From positions 1 to 63,453 of the IMG/VR virus record IMGVR_UViG_3300046028_006969: 63,453 nucleotides of DNA, one strand, 5' to 3'. Made by a program: the position numbers and the translations under genes. Origin of the DNA: a virus (lineage: Duplodnaviria > Caudoviricetes). Below are positions 39,942-48,624 of the stretch, piece by piece (within the stretch, counting starts at the first letter, position 1; every line of letters begins with the position of its first letter). Below the pieces are notes generated by a model. That model worked only from the letters and a program-made list of their open reading frames with translations. It did no database searches and had not been told where the DNA came from.

Positions 39942-40202
39942 ATGCTTAAACCTTTGAACAAAAAACTAGTGGTAAAATTAATTGAAAAAGAAACAGTAAC
40001 TGCCGGTGGAATTATTTTGACCCGTGCTGATCCCAGCGAAGCCAATCGCGGTATAGTTGTTTCTGTCGGATCAGAAGTACTTGACATTTCTGTTGGAGAT
40101 GTTATACTCCCTAACTGGAACAAGGCACCGAAGACTAAGGTCGGAGAAGAAACCTTCTACATTGTTTCAGAAGAAGATGTTGTTTTAATATTTGAATCAT
40201 GA
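39942..40202 (+). CDS. groES: GroES-like co-chaperonin
   Basis: LKPLNKKLVV, TAGGIIL, VGDVI and EEDV motifs. Confidence 0.88.
   Translation: MLKPLNKKLVVKLIEKETVTAGGIILTRADPSEANRGIVVSVGSEVLDISVGDVILPNWNKAPKTKVGEETFYIVSEEDVVLIFES
40081..40108 (+). promoter_or_regulatory. putative sigma70 promoter inside groES
   Basis: TTGACA-16-TATACT with TG extension, about 90 nt upstream of the cassette array. Confidence 0.45.
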
Positions 40203-40396
40203 TGAACAAAAAAATTGAAGAACTAGCCTTGCAAGCCGGAGGCTCTCATTTTCCTAGAGTGGGTGGAAAGAACCTAGAAAAGTTCACCGAGTTGATTGTG
40301 AAAGAAACCATGCAGGTTGTGGCCAATAATCTACCGCAGAACACTTACCTTGATGTTGCCGATGCGGTGATAGAACATTTCGCAGTTGAAGAATGA
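40199..40396 (+). CDS. MNERI/EKFAEL/HFGVEE family mini-gene
   Basis: EKFTELIVKE...EHFAVEE. Confidence 0.8.
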   Translation: MMNKKIEELALQAGGSHFPRVGGKNLEKFTELIVKETMQVVANNLPQNTYLDVADAVIEHFAVEE

Positions 40397-40736
40397 ACTT
40401 TTTAGCAATTGATTATACTTTATTGAACTTATTCTCCTTTGTACTGGGGATGCTATTTGCTTCCTCTATGTGGAGAGTACGTGCTTTAATGTTTGTCGTA
40501 CTTTATTTTATGTGTGTTTCTGCTTATTTTGGTGGATTGTATTATATGAAAACTTGAAGGATGAAAATTATGGAAGAAACAGAGAAAAAACCCAATAACG
40601 GTGAAATGATTAAGAAAATTAAGAAACAGAATCCTGGTGTCAAGATTAAAAAGGCGGCCGGTGGCGGTTTCCAGATTATTAATCCACGAGCTCCCAGTTC
40701 TCTACTCAATAGTCTGATTAAACGGTTGGATAATAA

Positions 40737-40988
40737 ATGAACGAACGAATTAAAGAACTTTGGGAACAGTGTAAGACTCCTGATTGGCATCAAGACAATC
40801 CCACTTACGATCACGAAAAGTTTGCCGAGTTGATTATAGAGGAGTGTGCTAGGGAGGTTGAAGTATTTGCACGAAAGTGGTGGTCTATTCATTGCTATAG
40901 CAACAAACACGCGGAGACAACCCGTAAAGCACATGACGATTTTTGTGCATTGCAAGCAGCAATCAGAAGAAGAGGAAAAACGGTATGA
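40737..40988 (+). CDS. MNERI family mini-gene (no 3' box)
   Basis: MNERIKEL...EKFAELIIEEC. Confidence 0.8.
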   Translation: MNERIKELWEQCKTPDWHQDNPTYDHEKFAELIIEECAREVEVFARKWWSIHCYSNKHAETTRKAHDDFCALQAAIRRRGKTV

Positions 40989-41248
40989 CCGAACGAATTC
41001 GACTACTAAAAGAACAGGCTATGGAATGGGTGCCTAATATGGCCGACCCAGATACAAAGATTCGGCTTCTCAATGCAGAAAAGTTTGCCGAGTTGATTGT
41101 CAGGGAATGTGCCAACCTTCTAATGAAACCAGAGTATGTTATGAATCATCCTGAAGAACTTACCGACTACAATCGTGGTTGGGTCAACGGAAGATTGCTA
41201 GGTATTGAACATATTAAAGAACACTTCGGAGTAAAGAATGATCGATGA
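40985..41248 (+). CDS. MNERI family mini-gene
   Basis: MTERIRLLKEQA...EKFAELIVREC...IKEHFGVK. Confidence 0.8.
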   Translation: MTERIRLLKEQAMEWVPNMADPDTKIRLLNAEKFAELIVRECANLLMKPEYVMNHPEELTDYNRGWVNGRLLGIEHIKEHFGVKNDR

Positions 41249-41411
41249 AAATGGATATGAGTGGGAAGTATATTATAATGGCGAGTTGCTCGGTAGATCA
41301 AATACCGAAGGAAGACACCAACTTGTCAAAGAAAAAGTAGAGCATCCAATTGGCATACCGGAGATTGAATTTAAGTTGGTCTTGAAACAAGATTTTGGAG
41401 TTAAAGAATGA
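41238..41411 (+). CDS. 57-aa protein ending in a degenerate 3' box (DFGVKE)
   Basis: Starts at the ATG within the upstream 3' box; ends TTTTGGAGTTAAAGAATGA. Confidence 0.55.
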   Translation: MIDENGYEWEVYYNGELLGRSNTEGRHQLVKEKVEHPIGIPEIEFKLVLKQDFGVKE

Positions 41412-41617
41412 AACCTGTATCAGCCAACGGTGTAAATGGTGTTTTGATAAAAACTCAATCTGGATATATGTTCCGTGTCTACGATGACGAGCATAATTTT
41501 GTAGATTATGATTTACAACATAGTGACTTATCTGTTACAATAACTGATGAGGATGCGTATTTCTATCTTAACTCAGTGTTAGACCACGCACCTGCAACAC
41601 TAGGACATAAAGAATGA
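41408..41617 (+). CDS. hypothetical protein
   Basis: ATGA-coupled on both sides; FRVYD and DYDL motifs. Confidence 0.65.
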   Translation: MKPVSANGVNGVLIKTQSGYMFRVYDDEHNFVDYDLQHSDLSVTITDEDAYFYLNSVLDHAPATLGHKE

Positions 41618-41829
41618 ACCAACAACTAATAGATAAATTTTTACATAAGGCTGGTGCCCTCTTTGGTGCAGAGGGTACCGACTATTCCAGTTTTACATCA
41701 AGCAAGTTCGCCGAGTTGATTGTCCAAGACTATGCCAAGAAAACAATTCAAGGTCTAATGAGCGATCCTGCTTTCGTACAAGCAATGGACGAGTATTATG
41801 AGAACAAATGGGCACACCGTTTTGATTAA
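41614..41829 (+). CDS. MNERI family mini-gene, divergent; 3' box left non-coding at 41830-41848
   Basis: SKFAELIV with an exact middle box at 41704. Confidence 0.7.
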   Translation: MNQQLIDKFLHKAGALFGAEGTDYSSFTSSKFAELIVQDYAKKTIQGLMSDPAFVQAMDEYYENKWAHRFD

Positions 41830-41844
41830 CATCGGAGTTGAAGA

Positions 41845-42006
41845 ATGAAAGATATTGAGATTGAACTATACTGCGACGGATGGACAGTTAAAGTAGACGG
41901 CAAGAGTTTCCGTTGGGATCATAATGACGAAGACATGGGAACAGAGGGCATCAAAAAACTGTTGAAATATCTCGGACATAATGTCACAGTCGAGGAGTGT
42001 TATTAA
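41845..42006 (+). CDS. 53-aa hypothetical protein
   Basis: MKDIEIELYCDGW..., starting at the ATG of the orphan 3' box. Confidence 0.55.
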   Translation: MKDIEIELYCDGWTVKVDGKSFRWDHNDEDMGTEGIKKLLKYLGHNVTVEECY

Positions 42007-42215
42007 TGAACGAACGAATTAAAGAACTTTTAGAAGAGGCTGGTGTAAAATATATCGTTATGCCTTCACCCGCCACAGCATACGAAAAGTTCGCCGAGTT
42101 GATTGTGAAGGAATGTATGGATGTTGCTTACGATCACACACCTAACTCAGAAGAATGCGAATACAAACGGTTGATCCATAACAAGATTAGAGACCATTTC
42201 GGAGTTGAAGAATGA
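42006..42215 (+). CDS. MNERI family mini-gene (all three boxes)
   Basis: MNERIKEL...EKFAELIVKEC...DHFGVEE. Confidence 0.85.
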   Translation: MNERIKELLEEAGVKYIVMPSPATAYEKFAELIVKECMDVAYDHTPNSEECEYKRLIHNKIRDHFGVEE

Positions 42216-42412
42216 ATAGTATACACTTATCAAAAGATGATTTGAATAAAATCCAAGCATTCGTAAACAAATACCCAGCTGCTGAATTCTTTGAATTACA
42301 GGCAGACTCGTCTTCCGGCATTGGCACCATATTACATGTTTCCGTAAATGTAACAAGTGGCGGTGATTGGGTTCAAATAAGAAAAACCATCGTGGACGAA
42401 AGCAGCTGGTGA
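42212..42412 (+). CDS. hypothetical protein
   Basis: ATGA-coupled; SSSGIG motif. Confidence 0.65.
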   Translation: MNSIHLSKDDLNKIQAFVNKYPAAEFFELQADSSSGIGTILHVSVNVTSGGDWVQIRKTIVDESSW

Positions 42413-42583
42413 TGAGAGAATTCTCCACATTCATTATGATTATATTATGGATTGTAGGCCTGGTTGTTGCAAAGGGATTTTGGAGTACATTCTTTGCTGC
42501 AATATTCCCCCTTTACTCCTGGTACCTTGTTGTAGAACATTTTTTATTAAAATATAATCTACTATAATTCACTATAATTCATT

Positions 42584-42880
42584 ATGAAAGCCACAGCTAA
42601 GAAAGAATCTGCGAAGGATTCTGTAAAGGATTCTGCAAAGGATTCTGTAAAGGATTCTGCAAAGGAATCTGCCAAAGATATGGTCTATTTCTGGAACGAT
42701 TCTGAGATAGACGAAGGCACCTATAAGAAGCTCACCGAAGACCACAGACTATGGGTAATCGCAGAAGAAGAAAAATCTGCGGCACATCAAGTGGCCACTG
42801 CGGCTGCTGCGAAAAAAAATTCTGAGGATATAAAGCTGGCCAAGAAAAATCGAAAAGAGGCTCTGAGGGCCAGAAAATAA
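42584..42880 (+). CDS. K/A-rich protein with a tetrapeptide repeat
   Basis: KESA/KDSV/KDSA x6. Confidence 0.6.
   Translation: MKATAKKESAKDSVKDSAKDSVKDSAKESAKDMVYFWNDSEIDEGTYKKLTEDHRLWVIAEEEKSAAHQVATAAAAKKNSEDIKLAKKNRKEALRARK
42602..42673 (+). repeat. 12-bp tandem repeat, six units
   Basis: AARGAWTCTGYN x6, in frame. Confidence 0.9.
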
Positions 42881-42982
42881 AAAAGAGGAGAAAAGAGTTT
42901 CGCCATGGAGAACTTTTTTATAGCACGCACCGCCGGACCGCCAAGCCCTGTCGCCAAGCACTGCTGTTTTTAGCAGTGGGGC

Positions 42983-43011
42983 TTGACCAGCCCCACCACC
43001 TGTGTTATACT
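42983..43011 (+). promoter_or_regulatory. sigma70-type promoter with the -35 in a hairpin loop; antisense to the minus-strand block
   Basis: TTGACC-17-TATACT; GTGGGGCT-TGACC-AGCCCCAC. Confidence 0.5.
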
Positions 43012-43230
43012 GGCCGACTGGCGCTATGCGTCCTGCTGCCAACCACCTGAGCGTCCCAATGCCTTGCCATATTTCTAACCAGACTAACCCGACCGGCTGG
43101 TCCAAAAAGCAGAGTATCCACCATATGCGACCACATTATACTGCCCTCCATACATAGCAATCCATGACCAGTACCACCACAGCTATGAGGTACACTAAGG
43201 TAAATCCTATCCGTTCCATTCGTTCGAGGT

Positions 43231-43413
43231 TCATGTGTTCTTCTCCAGGATATTATGGGAGGCTTGGCGTTTACCGTCTTGCCGGGCTGCGTGACGCTGT
43301 GATTTTGCTGAGGCGTTTGCGGCCTTTTTTGTTCCCCACCGCACGGTTTTGTGGTGGATGTCATCAACCCCAACAGTTCGCCCCTTATTACTGTCTGCTG
43401 TGTAAGCCTTCAT
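43231..43413 (-). CDS. small basic hypothetical protein
   Basis: ATGA-coupled to the upstream cassette 3' box. Confidence 0.6.
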   Translation of the reverse strand: MKAYTADSNKGRTVGVDDIHHKTVRWGTKKAANASAKSQRHAARQDGKRQASHNILEKNT

Positions 43414-43643
43414 TCTTCAACTCCAAAATGTTCTTTGATTCTATCACGAATGTAATACTGCAAGTCACTTACTGATATGTCGGGTAATGCATCAAAAATG
43501 TCGAATACTTTATCGGCACATTCTAGAATAATCAATTCTGCGAATTTTTCTTTATCAAAATCTTCTTGCATTACTTGAGTATTGGCATTCCAGTATTGGC
43601 ATCTAGTAGCCTGTTCAGCAAATTTTTTAATTCGTTCGTTCAT
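43410..43643 (-). CDS. MNERI family mini-gene
   Basis: MNERIKKFAEQA...EKFAELIILEC...IKEHFGVEE. Confidence 0.85.
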   Translation of the reverse strand: MNERIKKFAEQATRCQYWNANTQVMQEDFDKEKFAELIILECADKVFDIFDALPDISVSDLQYYIRDRIKEHFGVEE

Positions 43644-43759
43644 AGAATCTCCCAAGTGATAGCAGTTGAATTCATTGCCTTGCGTGCCTTCCAGTAAGGC
43701 AGTGCCCATGTCACATTCGATTCAACCACAATAAGTCGTTTGTTAAAATATACTTTCAT
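43640..43759 (-). CDS. 39-aa hypothetical protein between two cassettes
   Basis: MKVYFNKRLIVVESNVTWALPYWK..., ATGA-coupled on both sides. Confidence 0.5.
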   Translation of the reverse strand: MKVYFNKRLIVVESNVTWALPYWKARKAMNSTAITWEIL

Positions 43760-43965
43760 TCTTCAACTCCAAAATGTTGTTTAATCTTGTTACTAACATT
43801 CAACGCACATTCATAATAGGATGCGTCATATCCAACACCAGCACATTCTAGAACAATCAGTCCGGCGAAAGTTTCCATCAAGTATTCTTGATATCTACTT
43901 TTATCTTCAAACGTGTTGGCCCAATATTCAGCAACCTTGGCAAGTTCTTTAATTCGTTCGTTCAT
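43756..43965 (-). CDS. MNERI family mini-gene
   Basis: MNERIKELAKVA...ETFAGLIVLEC...IKQHFGVEE. Confidence 0.85.
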   Translation of the reverse strand: MNERIKELAKVAEYWANTFEDKSRYQEYLMETFAGLIVLECAGVGYDASYYECALNVSNKIKQHFGVEE

Positions 43966-43988
43966 TTTTTTTCTTTCTGGAGAGGGGC

Positions 43989-44017
43989 TTGACAACCCCT
44001 GCCAGATATGATACAAT
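43989..44017 (+). promoter_or_regulatory. sigma70-type promoter, antisense to 44024..44314
   Basis: TTGACA-17-TACAAT with TG; -35 flanked by AGGGG/CCCCT. Confidence 0.55.
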
Positions 44018-44023
44018 GGTCGG

Positions 44024-44314
44024 TCAAGCCTTAGCCACTTGCGTTGTGACGGTCACAGCACCAGGTTTGCGAGCAGCCTTGTTAGCTTTCGAACCTGTAA
44101 CGATTGTCTTGGAGAGAAGCTTCTCCAGTTTAGCTTTAGCTTTTTCGATAGCCGTAGCTTTGCGAGCCTCAGCATTTTGAGTCTTGGCCATTTTCTGAGC
44201 CACCCGAAGGAATGCATGCTCTTTAGCCAGGTCGGAGACCTCTTGCTTAAGCAATTTTAGTTGGGTGCGCTTTTCGGCGAGCTTGAGAGCAGTAGCGGTT
44301 TTAGTAGAAGCCAT
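44024..44314 (-). CDS. Lys/Ala-rich basic protein (histone-H1-like composition)
   Basis: RBS AAGGAC; own promoter; strongly K/A/T biased. Confidence 0.75.
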   Translation of the reverse strand: MASTKTATALKLAEKRTQLKLLKQEVSDLAKEHAFLRVAQKMAKTQNAEARKATAIEKAKAKLEKLLSKTIVTGSKANKAARKPGAVTVTTQVAKA

Positions 44315-44344
44315 GATAAAGTCCTTTTGAATTAATAAGATGCC

Positions 44345-44373
44345 ATTATACCAGAGTTTATTGGAAAAGTCAA
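44345..44373 (-). promoter_or_regulatory. sigma70-type early promoter
   Basis: Minus strand TTGACT-17-TATAAT with TG. Confidence 0.8.
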
Positions 44374-44405
44374 GCCCTCTGGGAATACTTGACCAAATTG
44401 GTGTG

Positions 44406-44582
44406 TTAAAATTCGATTATCTCGGCTCTCCAGTAGCAATCAGGGGTACCACCTTCTTCCCAGCTGTTTTTGAACCTTACAGCCTCTTCCTTAGTGGTGA
44501 ATATTTTGGTTTCACAATGCCGCTGGCCAAATTCATATTCAGTAACCACCACCTTGTACAGTTTACCACCGGTGTATTCCAT
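44406..44582 (-). CDS. 58-aa hypothetical protein (not in ORF track)
   Basis: MEYTGGKLYKVVVTEYEFGQR...WRAEIIEF; RBS AAGGA; own promoter. Confidence 0.65.
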   Translation of the reverse strand: MEYTGGKLYKVVVTEYEFGQRHCETKIFTTKEEAVRFKNSWEEGGTPDCYWRAEIIEF

Positions 44583-44612
44583 TTGGTTTCCTTTTCGATT
44601 ATCAATGGTGCC

Positions 44613-44641
44613 ATTGTACCATAGTTTGGCAGGTTTGTCAA
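44613..44641 (-). promoter_or_regulatory. sigma70-type early promoter
   Basis: Minus strand TTGACA-17-TACAAT with TG. Confidence 0.8.
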
Positions 44642-44687
44642 GGGCTTTCTGGAATACTTGACCAATCCGCTGTACTATTCGAAGGGC

Positions 44688-45029
44688 TTGACAGGAGGGG
44701 CTGGATGTGATAGGATGGGGGGTACACTACCTGGCCACCTGAATACTTCAAAAGCTGCGAATAGCTGCAGCTTTTTGAATCATTTTAAAAAATCAGGTGG
44801 CCATATAGTGCCTCTGGATCCCTTCGGGGGGCTTGACAACCACCGTGGTTATGGTATAATGGACCTATTCGAAAGCAGGACTGGGATGGACAAGGAGGCT
44901 GAGCGTACTATTATCGCTGTGAGAATCGATGCCGTTCTGACAATCATTCAAAAAGTCGCAAAGTGTCGCAAAAACGACACCAAAAAGTCTCGGAAAGTGC
45001 TTGACAATGTTCGGATTTTGTGATAAAAT
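44688..45029 (+). promoter_or_regulatory. three tandem sigma70-type promoters
   Basis: TTGACA at 44688 (17, TAGGAT), 44833 (16, TATAAT) and 45001 (17, TAAAAT). Confidence 0.7.
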
Positions 45030-45306
45030 AGTGGATTTTCGGAGCGCCGTGCAATGGACTGACTAGATTCCGCTTAATTGTCAATACCGCGACTATTTTA
45101 TTCAATCATATCCTAAAGATAATCATTCGCATCCACTGCTCCGACAGCTCCTGCGACAATCAGTATTATTATATACTAAGCGTTCAAAATATTACCAATC
45201 AGTCACTTTTTATACACAGCTTATACACAAGTTTTTAATGATATCTATTTTGGCAATCATTCCTAATCCTATTCTATACCAATCCACTACACTATTCCGA
45301 ATGTCC

Positions 45307-45335
45307 TTGACAATTCCTAGGTTCTATGGTATAAT
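45307..45335 (+). promoter_or_regulatory. sigma70 consensus promoter
   Basis: TTGACA-17-TATAAT with TG. Confidence 0.85.
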
Positions 45336-45374
45336 GGACTCTTATTTCAACCACATATAGGAATTATCATTAAT

Positions 45375-45557
45375 ATGATTATGTCATTTTCTGAAGCAAT
45401 GGAAATAGTATCTCAATTCGGTTATGCTAATAAGTCGGAATCATTGATTGGTGCTATCTCGGATATGGAGGACGCATATGATGACCTGTCCTTGAACCAG
45501 ATAGCGGCATATAATTTTATCATTGGTGAATATAATAATATGGCAGAAATGGTTTAA
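45375..45557 (+). CDS. small acidic hypothetical protein
   Basis: Follows a promoter and RBS AGGA. Confidence 0.6.
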   Translation: MIMSFSEAMEIVSQFGYANKSESLIGAISDMEDAYDDLSLNQIAAYNFIIGEYNNMAEMV

Positions 45558-45559
45558 TT

Positions 45560-45880
45560 ATGGATAATAATGATAAACAAAAAATCATGGGAATATTATT
45601 CCGTGATTATACACCTGACCATCGGAAATATACTTCCATTTATAAGGGTGTACCGGTTCAATTAATTAATGAATATAAAAAATTCATCGATTTTACCAAA
45701 TTCTATATTATGTACCGTGGTCCCCGGCGTGGTCGTGGCAATACTACACTCAAGCAGGACGCGGTTCGGGCTGATATCTATGAATATCGGCCACGTGATA
45801 TTATAGCTAAACGTCAGGAACGGACACAATATAATAATTATGTGGTGCAGCGTCGGCGTGGTCTATCAATTGTAAAATGA
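45560..45880 (+). CDS. basic hypothetical protein
   Basis: YKGVP and YRGPR motifs. Confidence 0.65.
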   Translation: MDNNDKQKIMGILFRDYTPDHRKYTSIYKGVPVQLINEYKKFIDFTKFYIMYRGPRRGRGNTTLKQDAVRADIYEYRPRDIIAKRQERTQYNNYVVQRRRGLSIVK

Positions 45881-45945
45881 TATTGGAATTGACGACTATT
45901 GTGGAATTAATAGGTGACCGGTTTGGTCAAGTATCCAAATAGTGC

Positions 45946-45974
45946 TTGACAATTCCTAGGTTTTCTGGTATAAT
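45946..45974 (+). promoter_or_regulatory. sigma70 consensus promoter, near-copy of the one at 45307
   Basis: CTTGACAATTCCTAGGTT...TGGTATAATGG shared with 45306. Confidence 0.85.
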
Positions 45975-46004
45975 GGCACCATCGTTTAGCAAAAAAGGTT
46001 TATT

Positions 46005-46754
46005 ATGAAATTACTCTCCGTCGGCAACCCCAAAACGCTCAAGGGCATGAACCAAGGTTTTATGACCTATATTCAGCACCTGGCACCCGCCACCTTGTCT
46101 GGTCATAATACCTGCCCAAAAGCAACGGCTGGTTGTACCGCGGCATGCCTTAATACTGCTGGTCGCGGTGGTATGTTCAAAAAAGGCGAGAATACTAATG
46201 TAATTCAAAAAGCACGTATTCGCAAAACCAATTTATTCTATGATAATCGGGCAGTATTTTTCGAGCAATTAATTGCTGATATTAAATTGGCCCAAAAGCA
46301 GGCAGCAAAGCAGGATATGGTTCCTGTATTCCGCCTCAATGGCACATCCGATATCGCATGGGAAAAATATGTGGTTCTGGTCGATGGTTTATTCTATAAT
46401 AATATTTTCGAAGCATTCCCTGCTGTCCAATTCTATGATTATACCAAAATTCTTGGCCGCAAGGTTAATAATATTGCTAATTATCACCTGACATTTTCTG
46501 CTGCCGACGGTAACGATTCGGACGTATTAAAAGCAATTGCTCAGGGTTATAATATTGCTGTGGTATTCGGTATCAAAAAAGGTTCGGCAATGCCAGAAAC
46601 CTATCTCGGCATGCCAGTATTCAACGGTGACGAATCCGACCTGCGCTTTCTGGACCCTTCCAATGTGGTTGTCGGTCTATATGCAAAAGGTAAAGCCAAA
46701 AAAGATACTACAGGTTTTGTAAAATATCCGACAATTATGCTGGCAACGGCTTAA
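46005..46754 (+). CDS. Gp88-like Cys-cluster protein
   Basis: CPKATAGCTAACL, RLNGTSD, FYDYTK, NYHLTFS and DLRFLD motifs. Confidence 0.8.
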   Translation: MKLLSVGNPKTLKGMNQGFMTYIQHLAPATLSGHNTCPKATAGCTAACLNTAGRGGMFKKGENTNVIQKARIRKTNLFYDNRAVFFEQLIADIKLAQKQAAKQDMVPVFRLNGTSDIAWEKYVVLVDGLFYNNIFEAFPAVQFYDYTKILGRKVNNIANYHLTFSAADGNDSDVLKAIAQGYNIAVVFGIKKGSAMPETYLGMPVFNGDESDLRFLDPSNVVVGLYAKGKAKKDTTGFVKYPTIMLATA

Positions 46755-46784
46755 TTACCAGCATTATTTAATTAAGGTAATATT

Positions 46785-47069
46785 ATGACAAAGCAAGATT
46801 ATACATTGTATATCTACAAAAAAGATAAACGCACCAAGTCCGGTGAGCGGTTGGTTTCGACCACGGTTTGGCCGGATATGGATAAGGATACAATGTACCG
46901 CACCACGGTAGAATTAAACCCATTATATCCTTCCGCTTTTGGTTATCGCATGGAATATGTGCCTAAAATGGTCACGGTTAAAAACCTAATGACCGGTGCA
47001 GAGGTTCAAATTGAGCACGATACACCTTGGTGTTGCAACCCTGCTTCAGAAACCTATTGGTCGATGTAA
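46785..47069 (+). CDS. conserved phage hypothetical protein
   Basis: VKNLMTG...DTPWCCNPASETYWSM. Confidence 0.75.
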   Translation: MTKQDYTLYIYKKDKRTKSGERLVSTTVWPDMDKDTMYRTTVELNPLYPSAFGYRMEYVPKMVTVKNLMTGAEVQIEHDTPWCCNPASETYWSM

Positions 47070-47090
47070 TTAATTAATAAAGGTAATATT

Positions 47091-47291
47091 ATGATAACTA
47101 TTAAAGAAGAACAGGCATATCAACAATTTGATGCCTTTTTGGGATTTGTTACAATATGCGGTACAGAATTTTATGCTGCTGGAATTCTAAAACAAATTGA
47201 TATAGATTTGTATAATGAAAAATTTGTTGAATTTTGTAATCGTATGGGATATGACTACAATAATTTAGACGGATTACAGGACTGGGATTAA
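47091..47291 (+). CDS. hypothetical protein
   Basis: 66 aa; RBS AAGGT. Confidence 0.6.
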   Translation: MITIKEEQAYQQFDAFLGFVTICGTEFYAAGILKQIDIDLYNEKFVEFCNRMGYDYNNLDGLQDWD

Positions 47292-47294
47292 TAT

Positions 47295-47346
47295 TGTTGT
47301 AATAATACAACACAGCCCTTGACATATCCTTGGATTCTGATATAAT
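47295..47346 (+). promoter_or_regulatory. early promoter with TGTTG-N8-CAACA box
   Basis: TGTTGTAATAATACAACA, 6 nt, TTGACA-16-TATAAT. Confidence 0.85.
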
Positions 47347-47374
47347 ATAGTTTGTTTAATTGATAGAGGTAATT

Positions 47375-47866
47375 ATGGAAAAAGTATTTAATACTGGTAT
47401 TAATCCTGTGCATTCTGGTTTGTATGTGGTCGACCGTGGTGATAAGCTCGGTACTCCGTTTCGCTGGTTCAACGTGGAATCACAGGAATGGTCACGTTGC
47501 GAATATCTAATGGAAGATGTAATGTCAGCAAAGGATGTACCTGGTGCTCTAGGATTCCTGCCTTGGCGTGGTCCTATCAAGGTTCTGGCTAAGCAACCTG
47601 CTACGGTTGCACTGGTTGCAGATACTCCGACTGTCAAGGTAGCAAAAGCACCGAAAGTCAAAGCTGTCAAGGTAGCAAAAGCACCTAAGGTTAAAACTGC
47701 GAAAGTTACACATCCTGATGGTACCATTTTCTTCCGGGAAGACCGTCAGAAATTTATGGCAGTATTTGGTGGTGCACCAGCTGCGGCTCGGCCAACTATT
47801 GAAGCTGCTAAATCTTTTCTGCTTAAAAAAGGTATTGCTGCTGAAAATATCGTTGTAATTGGATAA
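47375..47866 (+). CDS. hypothetical protein with a VKVAKAPK repeat linker
   Basis: 22-bp repeat CTGTCAAGGTAGCAAAAGCACC at 47631 and 47664. Confidence 0.75.
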   Translation: MEKVFNTGINPVHSGLYVVDRGDKLGTPFRWFNVESQEWSRCEYLMEDVMSAKDVPGALGFLPWRGPIKVLAKQPATVALVADTPTVKVAKAPKVKAVKVAKAPKVKTAKVTHPDGTIFFREDRQKFMAVFGGAPAAARPTIEAAKSFLLKKGIAAENIVVIG

Positions 47867-47930
47867 ATAGGTGTGGATCACCACCCACCACAGGTGCATC
47901 CACTCTAATATCTATTACGGAGATACCAGC

Positions 47931-48374
47931 ATGAAATATATATACACTTCGGCCGAATTCGACCAAAAAATGTGTTCCATTTTTAATGTGGATTATGTTG
48001 AAAGAGAAACAACTAGAATACCATTGGAAAAACTAACAACCATAAGTCCACCTAATTTAGGTATTGATATTGGTGTTTTTGGTAAAGATCCTTGGAATAA
48101 AGGTAAAAAAACTGGACCTTTATCTGAATCACATAAAAACGCATTAGCACTTGCTGCAAAATCACATAAAAGAACCGAAGAACATAAAAAAAATAATGCA
48201 CTAGCCCATTGTAAATCTTGGTTAGTAACTGATCCAACCGGCAATACATTTATTATAAAGAATATGAATGAATTTTGTAAAAATAATGGATTATTAACAG
48301 GAAGAATGACATTGGTTAGTCAAGGTAAATATAAACAACATAGAGGATGGACTTGTTCCAAAATTAAAAAATGA
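47931..48374 (+). CDS. NUMOD3/NUMOD1-type DNA-binding protein with no evident nuclease domain
   Basis: PWNKGKKTGPLSESHK and FCKNNGL...KQHRGW motifs; ATAAATA and a hairpin upstream. Confidence 0.7.
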   Translation: MKYIYTSAEFDQKMCSIFNVDYVERETTRIPLEKLTTISPPNLGIDIGVFGKDPWNKGKKTGPLSESHKNALALAAKSHKRTEEHKKNNALAHCKSWLVTDPTGNTFIIKNMNEFCKNNGLLTGRMTLVSQGKYKQHRGWTCSKIKK

Positions 48375-48619
48375 AAACAGCTGATATTAAAAAAGGTATG
48401 CTTCTGCGTATGGCCAATGGTTGGTACGGCATCATGCAGGATAATGGTCGAGGTACAACCCGTGTTGTCGAGGTAAAAGGTTATTATACTGAAACAGGTT
48501 CGGTTTATTCGCATGATATTGTATTGGCCCTTCCTGTGGATGGTGGAATTTGGGAAATTGTAGAGCATACTACAAAAGAGTTGCAGCTAAAAGAAATGAC
48601 AGAAAAATTATTCGCCTAA
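48371..48619 (+). CDS. conserved phage hypothetical protein
   Basis: DIKKG, DNGRG and ETGSVYSHDI motifs. Confidence 0.7.
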   Translation: MKTADIKKGMLLRMANGWYGIMQDNGRGTTRVVEVKGYYTETGSVYSHDIVLALPVDGGIWEIVEHTTKELQLKEMTEKLFA

Positions 48620-48624
48620 AAATT

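Noticed and set aside
44658-45023. 121-aa ORF in the promoter hub (also 44340..44624, 43164..43475, 42749..43105)
   Set aside because: These run through promoter elements or antisense to better ORFs, lack an RBS and have atypical composition.
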